Of a stretch of 64,000 nt of DNA, positions 48,208-61,442 are shown in pieces. The notes under the pieces are model-generated. The model was given only the letters and a program-made list of their open reading frames with translations. It was not told where the DNA came from and made no database searches. Numbering within the stretch: position 1 is the stretch's first letter; each line of letters opens with the position of its first letter. The translations under genes were made by a program, and so were the position numbers. Source of the stretch: Pseudovirgaria hyperparasitica. Its lineage: Eukaryota. Where the stretch lies: NCBI GenBank assembly GCA_010093815.1, contig ML996578.1; one strand, 5' to 3'.

Positions 48208-50222
48208 ATGCAATTACCCATCAAGTTCGCATGTCGCATCCGCAAGCATCTTTGTATAAAGCAACCACGTAGACTTGATATCACGTACGCGCCACACCAA
48301 CCGCTGTATAAGCTTGCCTCTCGTTTATTGCATTCCAGCAAGGCCACAATGGCACCGAAACGCAAAGCGAACGCCTCAATTGGCTACTCCGATGCTGCTG
48401 GCGAGAGCTCAAATAAACGCTCGAAGAACTCGCAACCTGCACCCAAGGCTTTCACCAATGGCCACGAACGGAGTCCTGGTACAGGCAATGCGGAGGGCTC
48501 TAAATTCGACCACACGCGTCCGGAAGAGCGCTCCGGTATTGTTCAGCGCAAATACTACCCGGCCGAAATGTCAAATGAGCGATGCGCGCAGTACAACAAC
48601 AATGAGATCCCTCGACCGATCGCACTCCTTGAAAACGCCATCAAAGATACAAAGGCAGAGCGGGATAAAATTGCTGTTGGCAGGAGTGTGATACATTGGT
48701 ATAAGCGGGACTTGAGAACAAAGGACAACAAGGGACTGAGCTTGGCTGCGGCGAAAGCACGCGAGGCTAAAGTGCCCCTGATATGTATGTTTGTGGTCAG
48801 TCCGCAGGACTACGAGGCACATTTCACAGGGTCAGCTAGGGTAGACTTTGAGTTAAGGACACTGAAGGTGCTGCAGAAAGATTTAGCAGAGTTAGACGTG
48901 CCATTATATGTGGAGACGGTAGAAAAGAGGAAAGACGCGCCGAAGAGGATTCTCGAATTAGCAGATGAATGGGGCGCGAAACACTTATTTTGCAATATTG
49001 AATATGAGGTTGATGAGCTGCGGCGAGAGACCATGCTCATCCGGCGAGGTCTCGAAAAGGGCATTGCTGTGTGTCCTGTACATGACGATGTCATCGTCGC
49101 GCCCGGTAGTCTTCAAACAGGAACAGGTAAGCAGTACGCGGTATACACTCCATGGTACCGTTCCTGGGTCGCTCACATCCACGCGCATCCCGAACTTCTT
49201 GATGAACATCCAAGGCCGTCATCAAACCCTCCCTCAGCGCGCAAGAAGTTTCCCAAGCTCTTCGACGTGCCAATTCCAGACGCGCCAGCGAACAAACGGC
49301 TCGAACCGAACGATCAGAAACGCTTCGAGCACCTCTGGCCCGCTGGGGAACATGAGGCGCTGGACCGCCTACAGCGTTTCCTCGCTGAGAAAATAAGAAA
49401 TTACAAGGATGCGCGTAATATTCCGTCTGCGAATGGCACGGCGGTCGTCAGCGTGCACCATAGCGTGGGAACACTTGCTGCACGGACGAGCGTACGGGCT
49501 GCGCGCGATGCAAATAGCAGCAAGAAGCTCGATGGAGGGAGTGAAGGTGCAAAAACATGGATATCGGAGGTAGCATGGCGCGACTTCTACAAGCATGTGC
49601 TGGCCCATTGGCCATATATCTGCATGTTCAAGCCATTCAAATATGAGTATACGAATGTGGAGTGGGAGTATAACGATAAACATTTCAAGGCATGGACTGA
49701 GGGTAAAACGGGATACCCACTGGGTAAGAAGTTTGAGGTCCTGAATTCAGGGCAAATACTGACAATGATACAGTGGATGCAGCAATGCGTCAGATGAAGA
49801 CCACTGGCTACATGCATAACCGCTGCCGAATGGTCGTCGCATCCTTCCTAGCCAAAGATTTACTGCTTGACTGGCGACTAGGCGAAAAGCATTTCATGCT
49901 TGGTTTGGTAGACGCAGACTTTGCGTCTAATAACGGCGGCTGGGGCTTTTCAGCGTCGACAGGTGTGGACCCTCAACCATACTTCCGCATATTTAATCCG
50001 ATTACACAGAGCGAGAAGTTTGATCCTGAAGGTGATTATATTCGAAAGTGGGTCGAGGAGCTCAAGCACGTTAAAGGGAAGGCGATCCATGATCCATATG
50101 GCAGAGGAGCGGCGGATACGGCAAGGAAGGGTGGATACCCGAAGATGATTGTGGACCATGCAACATGTCGGAAACGGGCGCTTGATAGGTACAAGGCGGG
50201 TACAGGGCGAGAGACAGCGTAG
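48208..50222 (+). CDS. PHR1: Class I CPD DNA photolyase (second ATG 48349); intron 49724-49773
   Basis: HWYKRDLRTKDN, EYEVDELRRE, VYTPWY, WISEVAWRDFY, GKTGYPLVDAAMRQ, YMHNRCRM, DADFASNNGGW, PYFRIFNP. Confidence 0.96.
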
Positions 50223-50324
50223 GTGAGCATTCTCGTAACCTTTTCTCGCGGGATGCAATCTTTTTTGTGTGCCTTCAACGCGATTCAATGCCATTCAATG
50301 CCACAGTATCTTCATATGCGCTCC

Positions 50325-51041
50325 CTAATGCATCCCTTGGTTTAACCCCATGAACTCCTCCCGCTCTTTCTTCATTGCCTCCTTCACAATCGCTCCGCAC
50401 ATCTTCGCATACGGATTTGTCCGCACACTCATCTCTCTCGCCGTGCGATCTCCATATCTGCCCCCGAGAAAGAATTCCCTGCTGGCCTGCTCTTCCAACT
50501 CGTCCTTCGTCCGCGCACGCACCGGCCCAACGAGCAGGGCACTTTCCTGCGCCGCTGTCGCCGCTTTCATAAGAAGGTATCCCCGGTGTGTATGTGCTGC
50601 CGCGAGCAGCCGGACTTGGTGCGGCGACACTGGCGATATAGGAGACGCAGGCGAAGCATGTGTTATACACGCGTCCAGGTCTGCGAAGAGCGCCTCCACC
50701 TCTGTTGCGTTCTCATGGGCGAACAAGGGGTCGCAGAGCGCGAGACGTCGGGCTTGTGCGCGGTTCGCGTATGCAGAGGCATATGTCGGTTCCTGGTTTA
50801 TGATGTCGGTAAGGGCAGATATTGCGGTTTGTATCGCGTGTGCAGAAGGGTGAGGGACGTTCAGCGGCCGGATTGCGCTTGCTTCGAGGGCGCGCAGAGT
50901 GGAGAGGGTGGAAGAGGCGATGGATGGGTAGGGAGGAAGGGAGGCGTCTGTTTTGGGGGTTGAGTTTGGTGAGGATTCGGGGTCAAATAGGGCTGTGAGG
51001 ACGCGGGCGTCATTGGATGTGAGGTCGATTGAGGGCATCAT
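50325..51041 (-). CDS. hmgX: TPR protein, HmgX / TTC36-like (HppD accessory factor)
   Basis: DARVLTALFDP, YASAYANRAQARRL, AHTHRG, AREMSVRTNPYAKMCG; divergent from hppD. Confidence 0.8.
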   Translation of the reverse strand: MMPSIDLTSNDARVLTALFDPESSPNSTPKTDASLPPYPSIASSTLSTLRALEASAIRPLNVPHPSAHAIQTAISALTDIINQEPTYASAYANRAQARRLALCDPLFAHENATEVEALFADLDACITHASPASPISPVSPHQVRLLAAAHTHRGYLLMKAATAAQESALLVGPVRARTKDELEEQASREFFLGGRYGDRTAREMSVRTNPYAKMCGAIVKEAMKKEREEFMGLNQGMH

Positions 51042-51231
51042 GGTGATCGATGTGGTATTGGAGAGAGTGATCACTGCGTTCCGGTGACAGTCATGGCGGA
51101 CTTGAGAGCTCTATTGTAGATATGCAGGTAAGCAGACACTGAAACTTAGCGGAGGGAATCATGATCCCTGGCTGACAAGTCCGATTCGCGTGTTGGTTCG
51201 AGAGCAGTGGTGTAAAACGCGATGGAATACA

Positions 51232-51459
51232 CGGTTCGGAGCGGGAGGGAGTTGTTAAGGTGTGGCACGGTGAGCCGATGAGAGCCGCGGTCCTGTGATT
51301 TCCGCCTATGCCAAATTTGACGTGTGTAGAATAAGTACCACAGACTGAGTGGGGGAAACACCCAGATAATACTGGCTTATTTTAGTAACGGCAAATGCTG
51401 TGACCTGAGATATCCGCCAACATCAAATCCCATGAACGAATCACTTCGGTATTCCACGG
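51232..51459. promoter_or_regulatory. Three CCG-N7-CCG (Aro80/HmgR-type) direct-repeat sites in the hmgX-hppD divergent promoter
   Basis: CGG-N7-CGG 51232-51244, CCG-N7-CCG 51275-51287, CGG-N7-CGG 51447-51459. Confidence 0.5.
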
Positions 51460-51669
51460 TCTTATAAGGTGGAGAACAAGATATATGCAAGCGATCCCGA
51501 AGAGCCTTGTCTCCGCCTGTAATGCCCCCGCAAGGGCAGGTGACCATGGAACGGAGGTGGGAGAAGTGTTTTGGTATATAGGTGCTATACAGGGCTGTGC
51601 GATTCTTCGATCTCTGCAACGTCCAAGGTCAGTATACTTAGGTACCTGCTTCGAAGTGACATATTCATC

Positions 51670-52936
<1,267 letters not shown>

Positions 52937-53494
52937 AGGGAAACATTATTCATTTCCAGCATATGTAGCATTGGGTTGGAGTATTTGTCGTCGTTCGTAG
53001 AGGCTGCTCAAGGCATAGTCGGTATATGTGCTAATGTCCAGTAGCAAAAAGATTCGGGTTCCGTGCTAAAATCGTCGCTCCGTAAAACAGTACTCATGCT
53101 CCTTATCATTTATCCCACCCATACTTGGCATTCCAAGCCGAAAAGCATACAAACAATACGAGCACAGATCCTGGCCGGGCCCGTCACGTATGAATCTTTT
53201 ATTTCGCATAACGCCCACTGTGGACGCCATCCCTCATAACGCGTAGCGTGTTTTATTACTGGTGGTGGTCGTTCTACAATGGGAACGTAGGTAAACAACT
53301 ACGTCATCCTCACGGCATCCTTGAAGGGCTAACCAAGTGACCACTGTCATGATTGCCGCTGACAGCATTACATCCTAGAGCCACAAGATGCAGCACCCGA
53401 CGCATGCAGTCCATCAATATCATCTAGTCTGCACACAGCGCTGTAGCACGGCTATGTTGACCTTCTGTAGTTGCGGCAGTCTTCTTCTTTAGTC

Positions 53495-54955
53495 ATGACT
53501 GTCTCCTACCAAGAAGCCCTTAACGTTATACTACAGCAAGCAGAGATACAACGGGAGACCTTACCGGACCCGAGTGAACTTGTGGCTCTCGAGAAAGCTG
53601 TGGGACGCGTCGCCAGCCACTGTTATGAAGCTGTAACGCACACTCCCTCGTTCGATTGTGCTGCTACAAACGGCTATGCCGTTTGTTCAGCTTTGACTTC
53701 CGAGGCCAGGAATGTAGCACCAATCACTTTCTTCGTCTATGGCACGCAAGCTGCTGGAGACAACCCAATGACGGTGCCTGGAGTCCGCCTGAACGGTGCC
53801 ATACCATGTGTTGAAATCACGACAGGTGCAAGATTCCCAAAAGCTTCGACCAATATGGACTTTGATGCTTGTGTCCCTTTTGAGGATACTATTGAGCTTC
53901 CAGGAAAGATACACGGATGCAAGCAAATCCAGATCAGGAGGCCTGTATTGCATAATGCTCATCGACGGCTCGCGGATGATGACTTCCACTTGGAAGACGA
54001 AGTTCTTAGGAGTGGCATGAAAGTTACGTCGCAGCATATATTGGCACTCGCGTCTCTGGGAGTTCAGACTGTCGCAGTGAAGAAGATACCACGGGTCGGG
54101 GTATGGTCCACAGGGAAAGAGCTCGAGTCTAGGATAGATATTGAGCAGAGGCGAGATCGAGTCCCTGATGCGAATGGCCCGTACATCATATCTGCCCTTG
54201 AAGAGCTCGGAATCGATGCTGAATTTTTGGGAATTATCGATGACGAAGAAGAGGCCATCAAGCAAGCCGTCACGTCGGCCAATAGATCAAGATTCGATAT
54301 CTTGATAACTACTGGGGGCACTTCGGAGGGACGATTTGATAACGTTCGCTCGGCCATCGAGGCCTGCGGCGCTGAAGTTCTATTCAGCAAAATTGCAGTA
54401 CAGCCTGGCAGTCCAACCTTATTTGCTACGATACCTCGATTACCTATCATCTCCAGCTGCAGAATGCTTTCCCCGCAGCCATCAAATGGCGACCAGTTCA
54501 TAGCGTTTTTTGGCCTTCCAGGTGGTCCGGTAGCGGCAGCAGCTTGCATGAAGTTCTTTGTAGCCGCGTATATCAAACAATGGCGATGTGAACCAGGACA
54601 CGAGTCTTTGGGTTGTCATCTCTTGAATATCTCGCCACAGTCTGGGACGTCGGCAAAGTCACAACGATTATCGACTTCTCACTCCCGGCCACAAGAAAGT
54701 GATGTTTTCAAGCATGGAACAATTGCCATCAATGGATCCACGGCGTGGGCAGTGCCAAGTCCCGAGCAGAATGATTCAAAGATAAAATCCTTCCTCAAAA
54801 GCTCGTGTTGGATGCATCTGCCAGCCGGCCCATCTACTAAGTCAAACGGCGATGTGGTGCGTTGTTATTCAATTCAAGAGGGCGACAATATCATCGAGAA
54901 AATTATCTTTGGTCATGAGCGCAAAGACGAAACAAAGTCCGCCAGTGAAGGATAG
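53495..54955 (+). CDS. Stand-alone MoeA / gephyrin-E-domain homologue with divergent motifs
   Basis: Intronless. AVGRVA, GYAV, EITTGA, LASLGV, RVGVWSTGKEL, LGIIDD, TTGGTS, FFGLPG. No MogA/G domain. Confidence 0.85.
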   Translation: MTVSYQEALNVILQQAEIQRETLPDPSELVALEKAVGRVASHCYEAVTHTPSFDCAATNGYAVCSALTSEARNVAPITFFVYGTQAAGDNPMTVPGVRLNGAIPCVEITTGARFPKASTNMDFDACVPFEDTIELPGKIHGCKQIQIRRPVLHNAHRRLADDDFHLEDEVLRSGMKVTSQHILALASLGVQTVAVKKIPRVGVWSTGKELESRIDIEQRRDRVPDANGPYIISALEELGIDAEFLGIIDDEEEAIKQAVTSANRSRFDILITTGGTSEGRFDNVRSAIEACGAEVLFSKIAVQPGSPTLFATIPRLPIISSCRMLSPQPSNGDQFIAFFGLPGGPVAAAACMKFFVAAYIKQWRCEPGHESLGCHLLNISPQSGTSAKSQRLSTSHSRPQESDVFKHGTIAINGSTAWAVPSPEQNDSKIKSFLKSSCWMHLPAGPSTKSNGDVVRCYSIQEGDNIIEKIIFGHERKDETKSASEG

Positions 54956-56687
54956 GATGACCTTCGAGCTAACCTAAGAGCTGTTCAGGAGAACGGATCA
55001 GGATCCTCTTCGCCGCACCGGTCGCCAATCATCATTCATCTCGGGTACTTGCATTGTTCAGTGTACCATCCGTGTTGTCTGGTGACTGGAGTTCTTCACA
55101 TTTGAGTCGCTTCTATAGACTCCTCAGCTCCGGATGGTGAATCCCGGAGTTTCTATGGAATTGTTCCAGCACGAATGGATTCTAGATGTCTGACAGAGGC
55201 TCAACCAGTCCATCAGCTATTGCGAAGCAGATCAAAAGCTTCGAAGTCTTGTGGCGGATCTTCTCAAGGCCCTGCCACTCCCCTAGAAATGGTGACAAGC
55301 TACAAGCCATCTCGCAAGCGGACTATACCGATGGACCGCACTTCGGCTTACTACGGGTCCAATCGATTCCAGATCTCTTATCTGATCATCTTCGGGTAGC
55401 CTTGTCTTCTGGTTGGGACTCTTAATCACCACTTTTTCAACCTCCCTATCCCATACGAAACGAATTTCTTTACCGAGCTTTCGCAACTTTGATGGCCATC
55501 AGTCTCTTGCATTCGCGTGTTCTTCACTAAACAGACCTTTTGTCACATGCGCTTAGCGTTTGTTTTCTAGACAACCGAAATATGGATCGCATCGTCATGC
55601 ATTTGGGCTGGTTTTCCATTGACCCAGGTTCGGCGTCCTCGTCCGTCCCATGACTACCTACGGACCAAGAAGAGTAGCTTGATACCTACTGGTTTTGTTC
55701 CTGGCATAGCTGATAGATCAAAGTGTATGGTATCCAGTCATACACAATCGGGCATTTCATCTGATCTCTTCCGGTGAAACGGCATCGAACTATGCTATAC
55801 TCCAGACCCTGTTACGAATCAATGATTTCTTGACGCAACAATACGTTCATTCTTGGGCTACATTAGATGGTGTCTCAATCTTCTACCATTGACGGTTAGT
55901 GACTATCTGAGGACTTGGGACATGACTCCTGAGTCAGTCATTCCTGACCTTGTTCTGTCATTTTGCATTAGTGTAACGTGAAGCTCGTGTCATAAATCAA
56001 CATCACGTTTCTATATTACTGTTATAACCAGCTATTTCCGTTCCATGTTTACTCCTGTTGTTCTTCTAGATTAACGCGGGTGACATAACCTTCATTCTTA
56101 TAAAGTCTTCAACGGTGTTTTCGATTCTAGACACAAATCCAGAACTCCAGATGTAAACAATCGCTTGGCGGAAATAATGGCATTATTAAAACTAAGCCCA
56201 CGATACTTACTACCGCACCTGTACCAGTACGACTCTGTCTTAGGTGTTGTAGATGAAGCTCTACTACAGTAGTGTACATTCTCCATAACACGGCTTACTT
56301 CCGGACTTCGTTTCACAAAAATCCCCTGAAACTTCATTTGGTCATTCACACAGGTAGAGTATTCCCCTGCTATGACAAACCCCTTCGAAGCAAATCCGTC
56401 AGTGTTGTAAGAATATATGCGAGCATAGCTTTGTGTAGCAATAACTACGTGGGGGCTGATGCAAACCATTGTGTACGTGTTTCTCTTTATGTCACTCTAG
56501 CCTAATTTCGTGGTCTCATAAGCGACTGCTGTCTCCAATGGATCGGCCATGCTCAAGAGAAGCTTTTCATCATCAACCTCATACATCCACGCTCTTGTGA
56601 TCCTGAAGCCATCATCATCTTTCAGCCATACCACCCTCCAGCCAAAGGTTCGAAATATCTTCAAGGTCTTCTTCTCAGCCATCTCAT

Positions 56688-57272
56688 ATGTCCAAGCAAA
56701 TGCAGCGTGCGCGCTTCATCCGTCGACGACACCAACAAATCCTCGAGGATGTCGAAAAGCTCAAATACGAAGCTACCGCTCATCAAGACTCGAAGACTCA
56801 CCGTAGCTTTCCAAAGTGGTTCTGCCTCTACGGCATATACATGAGCTGCGCTTTCCTGTTCCGCATACTCGTCCTCTTCGTCCTTGTCCGCAGCTACCAC
56901 TACATGTACAACCACTACATGATCCACCACATTCATCAGATGAGATTTACGGTTCCTCATATGGAGGTTTTACTCTTCGAATACCTTGTCTTTCCATCAT
57001 TTGTCGTCGGTGTCATAATGCACTCGATCGGCAGCATTTTCGACAGCTGGACATACGCAAAGCTGCTCGACGACGAGCCAAAGACAGTGCACGCAATGAC
57101 TGAGCAGATGAAGAGAAGATTCGAAGCTCATATGTTCCGCCTCAATGGCCTGACTGAGGAATTCGAGTATAATGTTATGGCTTCAGCAAAAATGATTAGG
57201 AAGACGAAGGAGGACAATATAAGGATCAGGAAGGGCTTCGTAAAGAAGGTGTGGATTTCAAAGAAAGTGTAG
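56688..57272 (+). CDS. Orphan protein with two predicted TM segments
   Basis: ATG-initiated 194-aa ORF with two hydrophobic stretches flanking a His/Tyr/Met-rich loop. Confidence 0.5.
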   Translation: MSKQMQRARFIRRRHQQILEDVEKLKYEATAHQDSKTHRSFPKWFCLYGIYMSCAFLFRILVLFVLVRSYHYMYNHYMIHHIHQMRFTVPHMEVLLFEYLVFPSFVVGVIMHSIGSIFDSWTYAKLLDDEPKTVHAMTEQMKRRFEAHMFRLNGLTEEFEYNVMASAKMIRKTKEDNIRIRKGFVKKVWISKKV

Positions 57273-58128
57273 AAGTTTATCTCGAGGTACAGAAGTGTGA
57301 AACCCAGGGGGCAATAGCGATAGAGAGGGTTTCTACGCTGAAGACAGTCAAGATCATGGTGGCATAAGAACGACAGGCAGCTTCCATTGGGGCGTACGAC
57401 GGAAGATATGATACTCTCATAGGATCAAATAACAGAATTATATCGATATTGAAAGCATAGTGTACTGATGTGCTATGGACTGATAAACACGAATGTACGT
57501 ACGTTGAGAACATCATTCGAACGTAAAGCGGATCTCCAAGCTCAAAATTCGAGTCATCAAAAAGAGAACCAAGGACGGGCCTAGCGACGCATACTGAGAT
57601 ACTATATAAAAGACCAGTAGGTTTTTTTAGTATTGGTGATAGCCCCCGTCGTCAAGACTTTCCTTCTAACCCAAGGTCTCCTGGTAGGGTGAAGGATCTG
57701 CGCCCCTAATGGGGACAAACCTCATGTAATTAGGATCATCAACTTGATATATACATATTAAGGAAGGGGTTTTCGTTATATTCTGGATTGAAACAAGCAG
57801 AGCTATCGACTTTGTGGCTCTTCTTATGCTACTAACCAAGATCGCATCAGTTCTCTTCGATATAAGCTACGCACGAAAGGTCTAACATGACAAAGAGTAT
57901 AACATTGATAGCTACACGATAGTGAGGTTCTGTACCATCTAACAATCCATGCTATTGAGTTTTACTTGATTGCTCTAGCCAACATATCCCATATAGTGAC
58001 CTGCTCACACGTCCAGACATTCGATTCTCATTCGGTCCTTGTGTCTCGGTCTGCTTTAGCATAGCTCTTCCGTCTTGTTCGCCAGCTTTGTCAATTTTTT
58101 TTTTCCTTCAATACCTTTTTATTCAAAT

Positions 58129-58866
58129 TCATCCACTCTGGCACTGCCTGGACCCAAGAGTCAATAGTTCAGTCGAGAGCATTTGCTGGTAGATCCGAAG
58201 AGCTTGGAGCGATTTTATTTCTCCGGCAGTCCAGCCGGGGTGAATGGGAACTGGTGACATGGAGGCGAGAAGACAGGCAACTTCTTCGATGCTATGTTGG
58301 TGTCTTCTTGCGAGGCGTCCTGATAACGTGGGTATCCATCCGAGCAAGTGCTCAAGGGGGCTTTCGGTGTCTCGAAATCCATTGTTTTCGTCACTTGTCC
58401 AAATATGATCAGCTTGGGGTGAAACAGAATCCAATGGCAATTTGTGGTCCATGCCAATGCTGTTACAATATGTATAACACTCACCTATCTGGTCACGTTC
58501 CGATACGTATTTACGATCGAAGGACGAATCTGGAGTACCATAGGTCTCATAGCCTTTGAGATCTGCTTCGTATGCTGAAACACCATTATCTTGTGGTAAA
58601 GGTGAGATTTCTACTGCTTTACTGATGCCGACCCGACGCACTCGGTCTTTGCTTGAGTTGCTATATCCTGGAAGTAGCCCACGTCCTGATCCAGATCTAA
58701 GAGTTGGGCCCACGAACTGGCGGTAGCGGATTCTTTTACCAATGAGCTCGTATTCGGGGTCTGCATGCCAGTTCCAACTGTAGAGTGAAATATCGGATGA
58801 CAAGGGTGGAGCATTGACATCGAGGACGCTCAAGGGTAAACCATCTTCAGTCGAACCGGCTGCCAT
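58129..58866 (-). CDS. Hypothetical protein
   Basis: ~245-aa ORF from ATG 58866; no recognisable motif. Confidence 0.4.
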   Translation of the reverse strand: MAAGSTEDGLPLSVLDVNAPPLSSDISLYSWNWHADPEYELIGKRIRYRQFVGPTLRSGSGRGLLPGYSNSSKDRVRRVGISKAVEISPLPQDNGVSAYEADLKGYETYGTPDSSFDRKYVSERDQIGECYTYCNSIGMDHKLPLDSVSPQADHIWTSDENNGFRDTESPLEHLLGWIPTLSGRLARRHQHSIEEVACLLASMSPVPIHPGWTAGEIKSLQALRIYQQMLSTELLTLGSRQCQSG

Positions 58867-60369
58867 TCTGTTGTAGTCTAACAATGGTAGCAGCTGTGTA
58901 TTGGAAATTTGGAAGAAGTTATTGGAAAGATGACGACTAAAACTGTCTTACGGCTGGTGAAAAGCTCAGAGATGGTGTGACTAGTAAGGATGACGGCAAC
59001 GAGAAAATTTGACAACGCAGAGACATTGCCACAGGCCCAATTTAACGGCTTTACCGGCTTCTAGAACCCCCTAGCAGGTCTGTATGTCGTTTAGGTGATT
59101 CTAAACTTTGTTTGAGTTGATTCATCTATCCAACGAGTCAACGACTTTAGTGAATTCCTCCCAAGCGAAACTGATATGAATGCTAGTCCTGCTCTTCCAC
59201 CAGAGACAACTTTTTGTGGGAGATAGATTCATTGTGGATGTTTCTGGACACTCTTCTATATACTACTTTGATGGGGGCTGTAGCATTCATGTGCTTTCCG
59301 CCGCTTCCAGAGCACACTGGTTAAAAAGTCGTTGATATGCCTTCACGTACAGTTCAGTCTCTTCTATCGATATTACATAACTTTCCGCCATTCTTGTTTT
59401 TGCCTCTTGGTCCGTCTTTCAGTGCCACTTATGGTTTATCCACATTCCTAAGCCGTTCAATACACAGCATAATTTCCTCCTTCGACTTCCGGTACTCATT
59501 CTTGAGCGATAAATAACACTTTCAAAGCCCTTCGACTCGTGATTATATTACCTCGTCTTCCTCCCGTAACCTGAATCTTTTATGATGAGTCATATCAGTT
59601 CTATCTCTAAGGCTGGTATTGTTTCTCAGGTTCGCAGATCGAACTCTCAAGCTTCCGTGCCCAGTCTGGTAGGAGGTTGGGATCTGGTATTCTTAAACAG
59701 AGTAGTGACAGATCCATCGAGATTGCGCAGGTTGCAACTCATATAACTAAAAATATATCTTCGTACGCGTCGATCAAGAGCTTTGCAGAGAGGGTGAGCG
59801 AAATATCCGATAGAAACACTCAGCTAGACTGCTAGGAAGAACTAGTATGGTATGATTCATGGTGACTGCTTGGCAGATTTGATACCTGGACGCATGTTTC
59901 CGATGGGATACGAACAGTATGCAGTGGACACATAACTATCGAGGATGGGTATTAGGCTATGTCGTTGGACCTATGGTTCTGAAATGACATGAAGTGGTCC
60001 TAGAGAATAATTGCGGTGCTCAGTGCTAGTGGAGGTGCGTTCACGTAACTGCGAATTGCGAGACAGCACGTAAAATGAAGTAACGTAGGTTGTGATCGCA
60101 AATGACACACACAATAATCATAGAGAAGATGGCCTCAGTCAACTAAGTCTTGATATACTTTTGTTTGATCAATAAACTAGCAAAAGAAGAGCAGTGACAG
60201 TGTAGACGCAAGACACTACACACGGAATTTGAAGGATATACAATGACGTATACCACCATAAAGCTGCTGTCAATCTTTTGGAATGGTCTCCAGCCTCGTC
60301 TAGGACACCTACATCCACTCTGATATTTCACATCCTGCCAGATAGAACAGTACACCCATTAGTATGCTG

Positions 60370-61442
60370 TCAGTGTCGTCGAAGTCGGCTCAGCCTCTGT
60401 CTTATGCGATAACTCATGCTAGTGGGTTCACGCGGCTGGCCCACAGTTTGAGCCTCTGACAGATTCACAGGGGTACACCGAGTGTAATTCGAGCTCGACT
60501 CCTGAATATGAGTCGGGGAATCAGACTTTGTATCATTTGCTGCGACCGGACTTGTCGAGATCGATGTGTGGTTCAACGTTAAGTTCAGAAAGCTGGCTTC
60601 AGAGCCTGCATTGGCGGCCACTGCTATTTCTCCTGAGGGTATCCGCGGCATGTAGATAGCTCGGCGGCGATGGCGGCGATGACGGCGCTGCTCATCAGTC
60701 TGTCTATTGCCTGTCACTGTTGTGTCTGGTTTCTGGGACGTTTCCTGATCCGTGATTTCTATTTCATCCTGAAGAGTTGCTGCAGGCACGGTCGGGTCGT
60801 CACCTATAGACTGAAAAGGACTGCTCGCTAGGGCCAGATGTGCGAGCTCGCAGCGGCGACTGTCGCTGTTCCTGTTTGTATCTGGACTATCCTTGGTACT
60901 GAGGCTGTTTTCGATGTCTTTCTCTATTGGCGCCATTGATGCATGGTACAGAGTTGCATTCTCGCGGTTCAAGTTGCAGATCTTTTCTTCGAGTCCCGAT
61001 ACCTCATTCTGCTTTTCTTGTATGATATTTCTTAAGTGCACTTCAAGTTCTTGGAAGTGAACGATCTCTAATGACTGTTCTTCATAGATCCTCTCAATGC
61101 GTTGGTTTTCGGCCAGGACACGTCGATTTGCGTTGCAAGCTGCCTGGATAGAATTGACTATACCCACGCATTCTTCAAGATAGACGGCTTGAATAGCCGC
61201 GACAGAATCGTATAGGTATCTAATAGCTTCATCGCGGAGACGAATATCGCGGGACCGATCGTGGAATCTCTGTTCTAGTTCTGCGAACTTTGCTTGGAGT
61301 TCTCTGAGTTGAGTCCGGTGGGTCTGGCAAGTTTCATTGCTTGCATCTCTGCTGATTTCTGTAGAGATGGTCAGTTTTCCCGGTTGGTCGCGAACTTCGT
61401 ATACGTACCCGCAATGCCAATAGCATTACCTGACTCACTCAT
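60370..61442 (-). CDS. Orphan coiled-coil protein; intron 61408-61359
   Basis: ATG 61442 and a GTACGT...CTGAC...CAG intron joining in frame to the 265-aa ORF; heptad-rich N-half and an RRHRRHRRR basic cluster. Confidence 0.6.
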
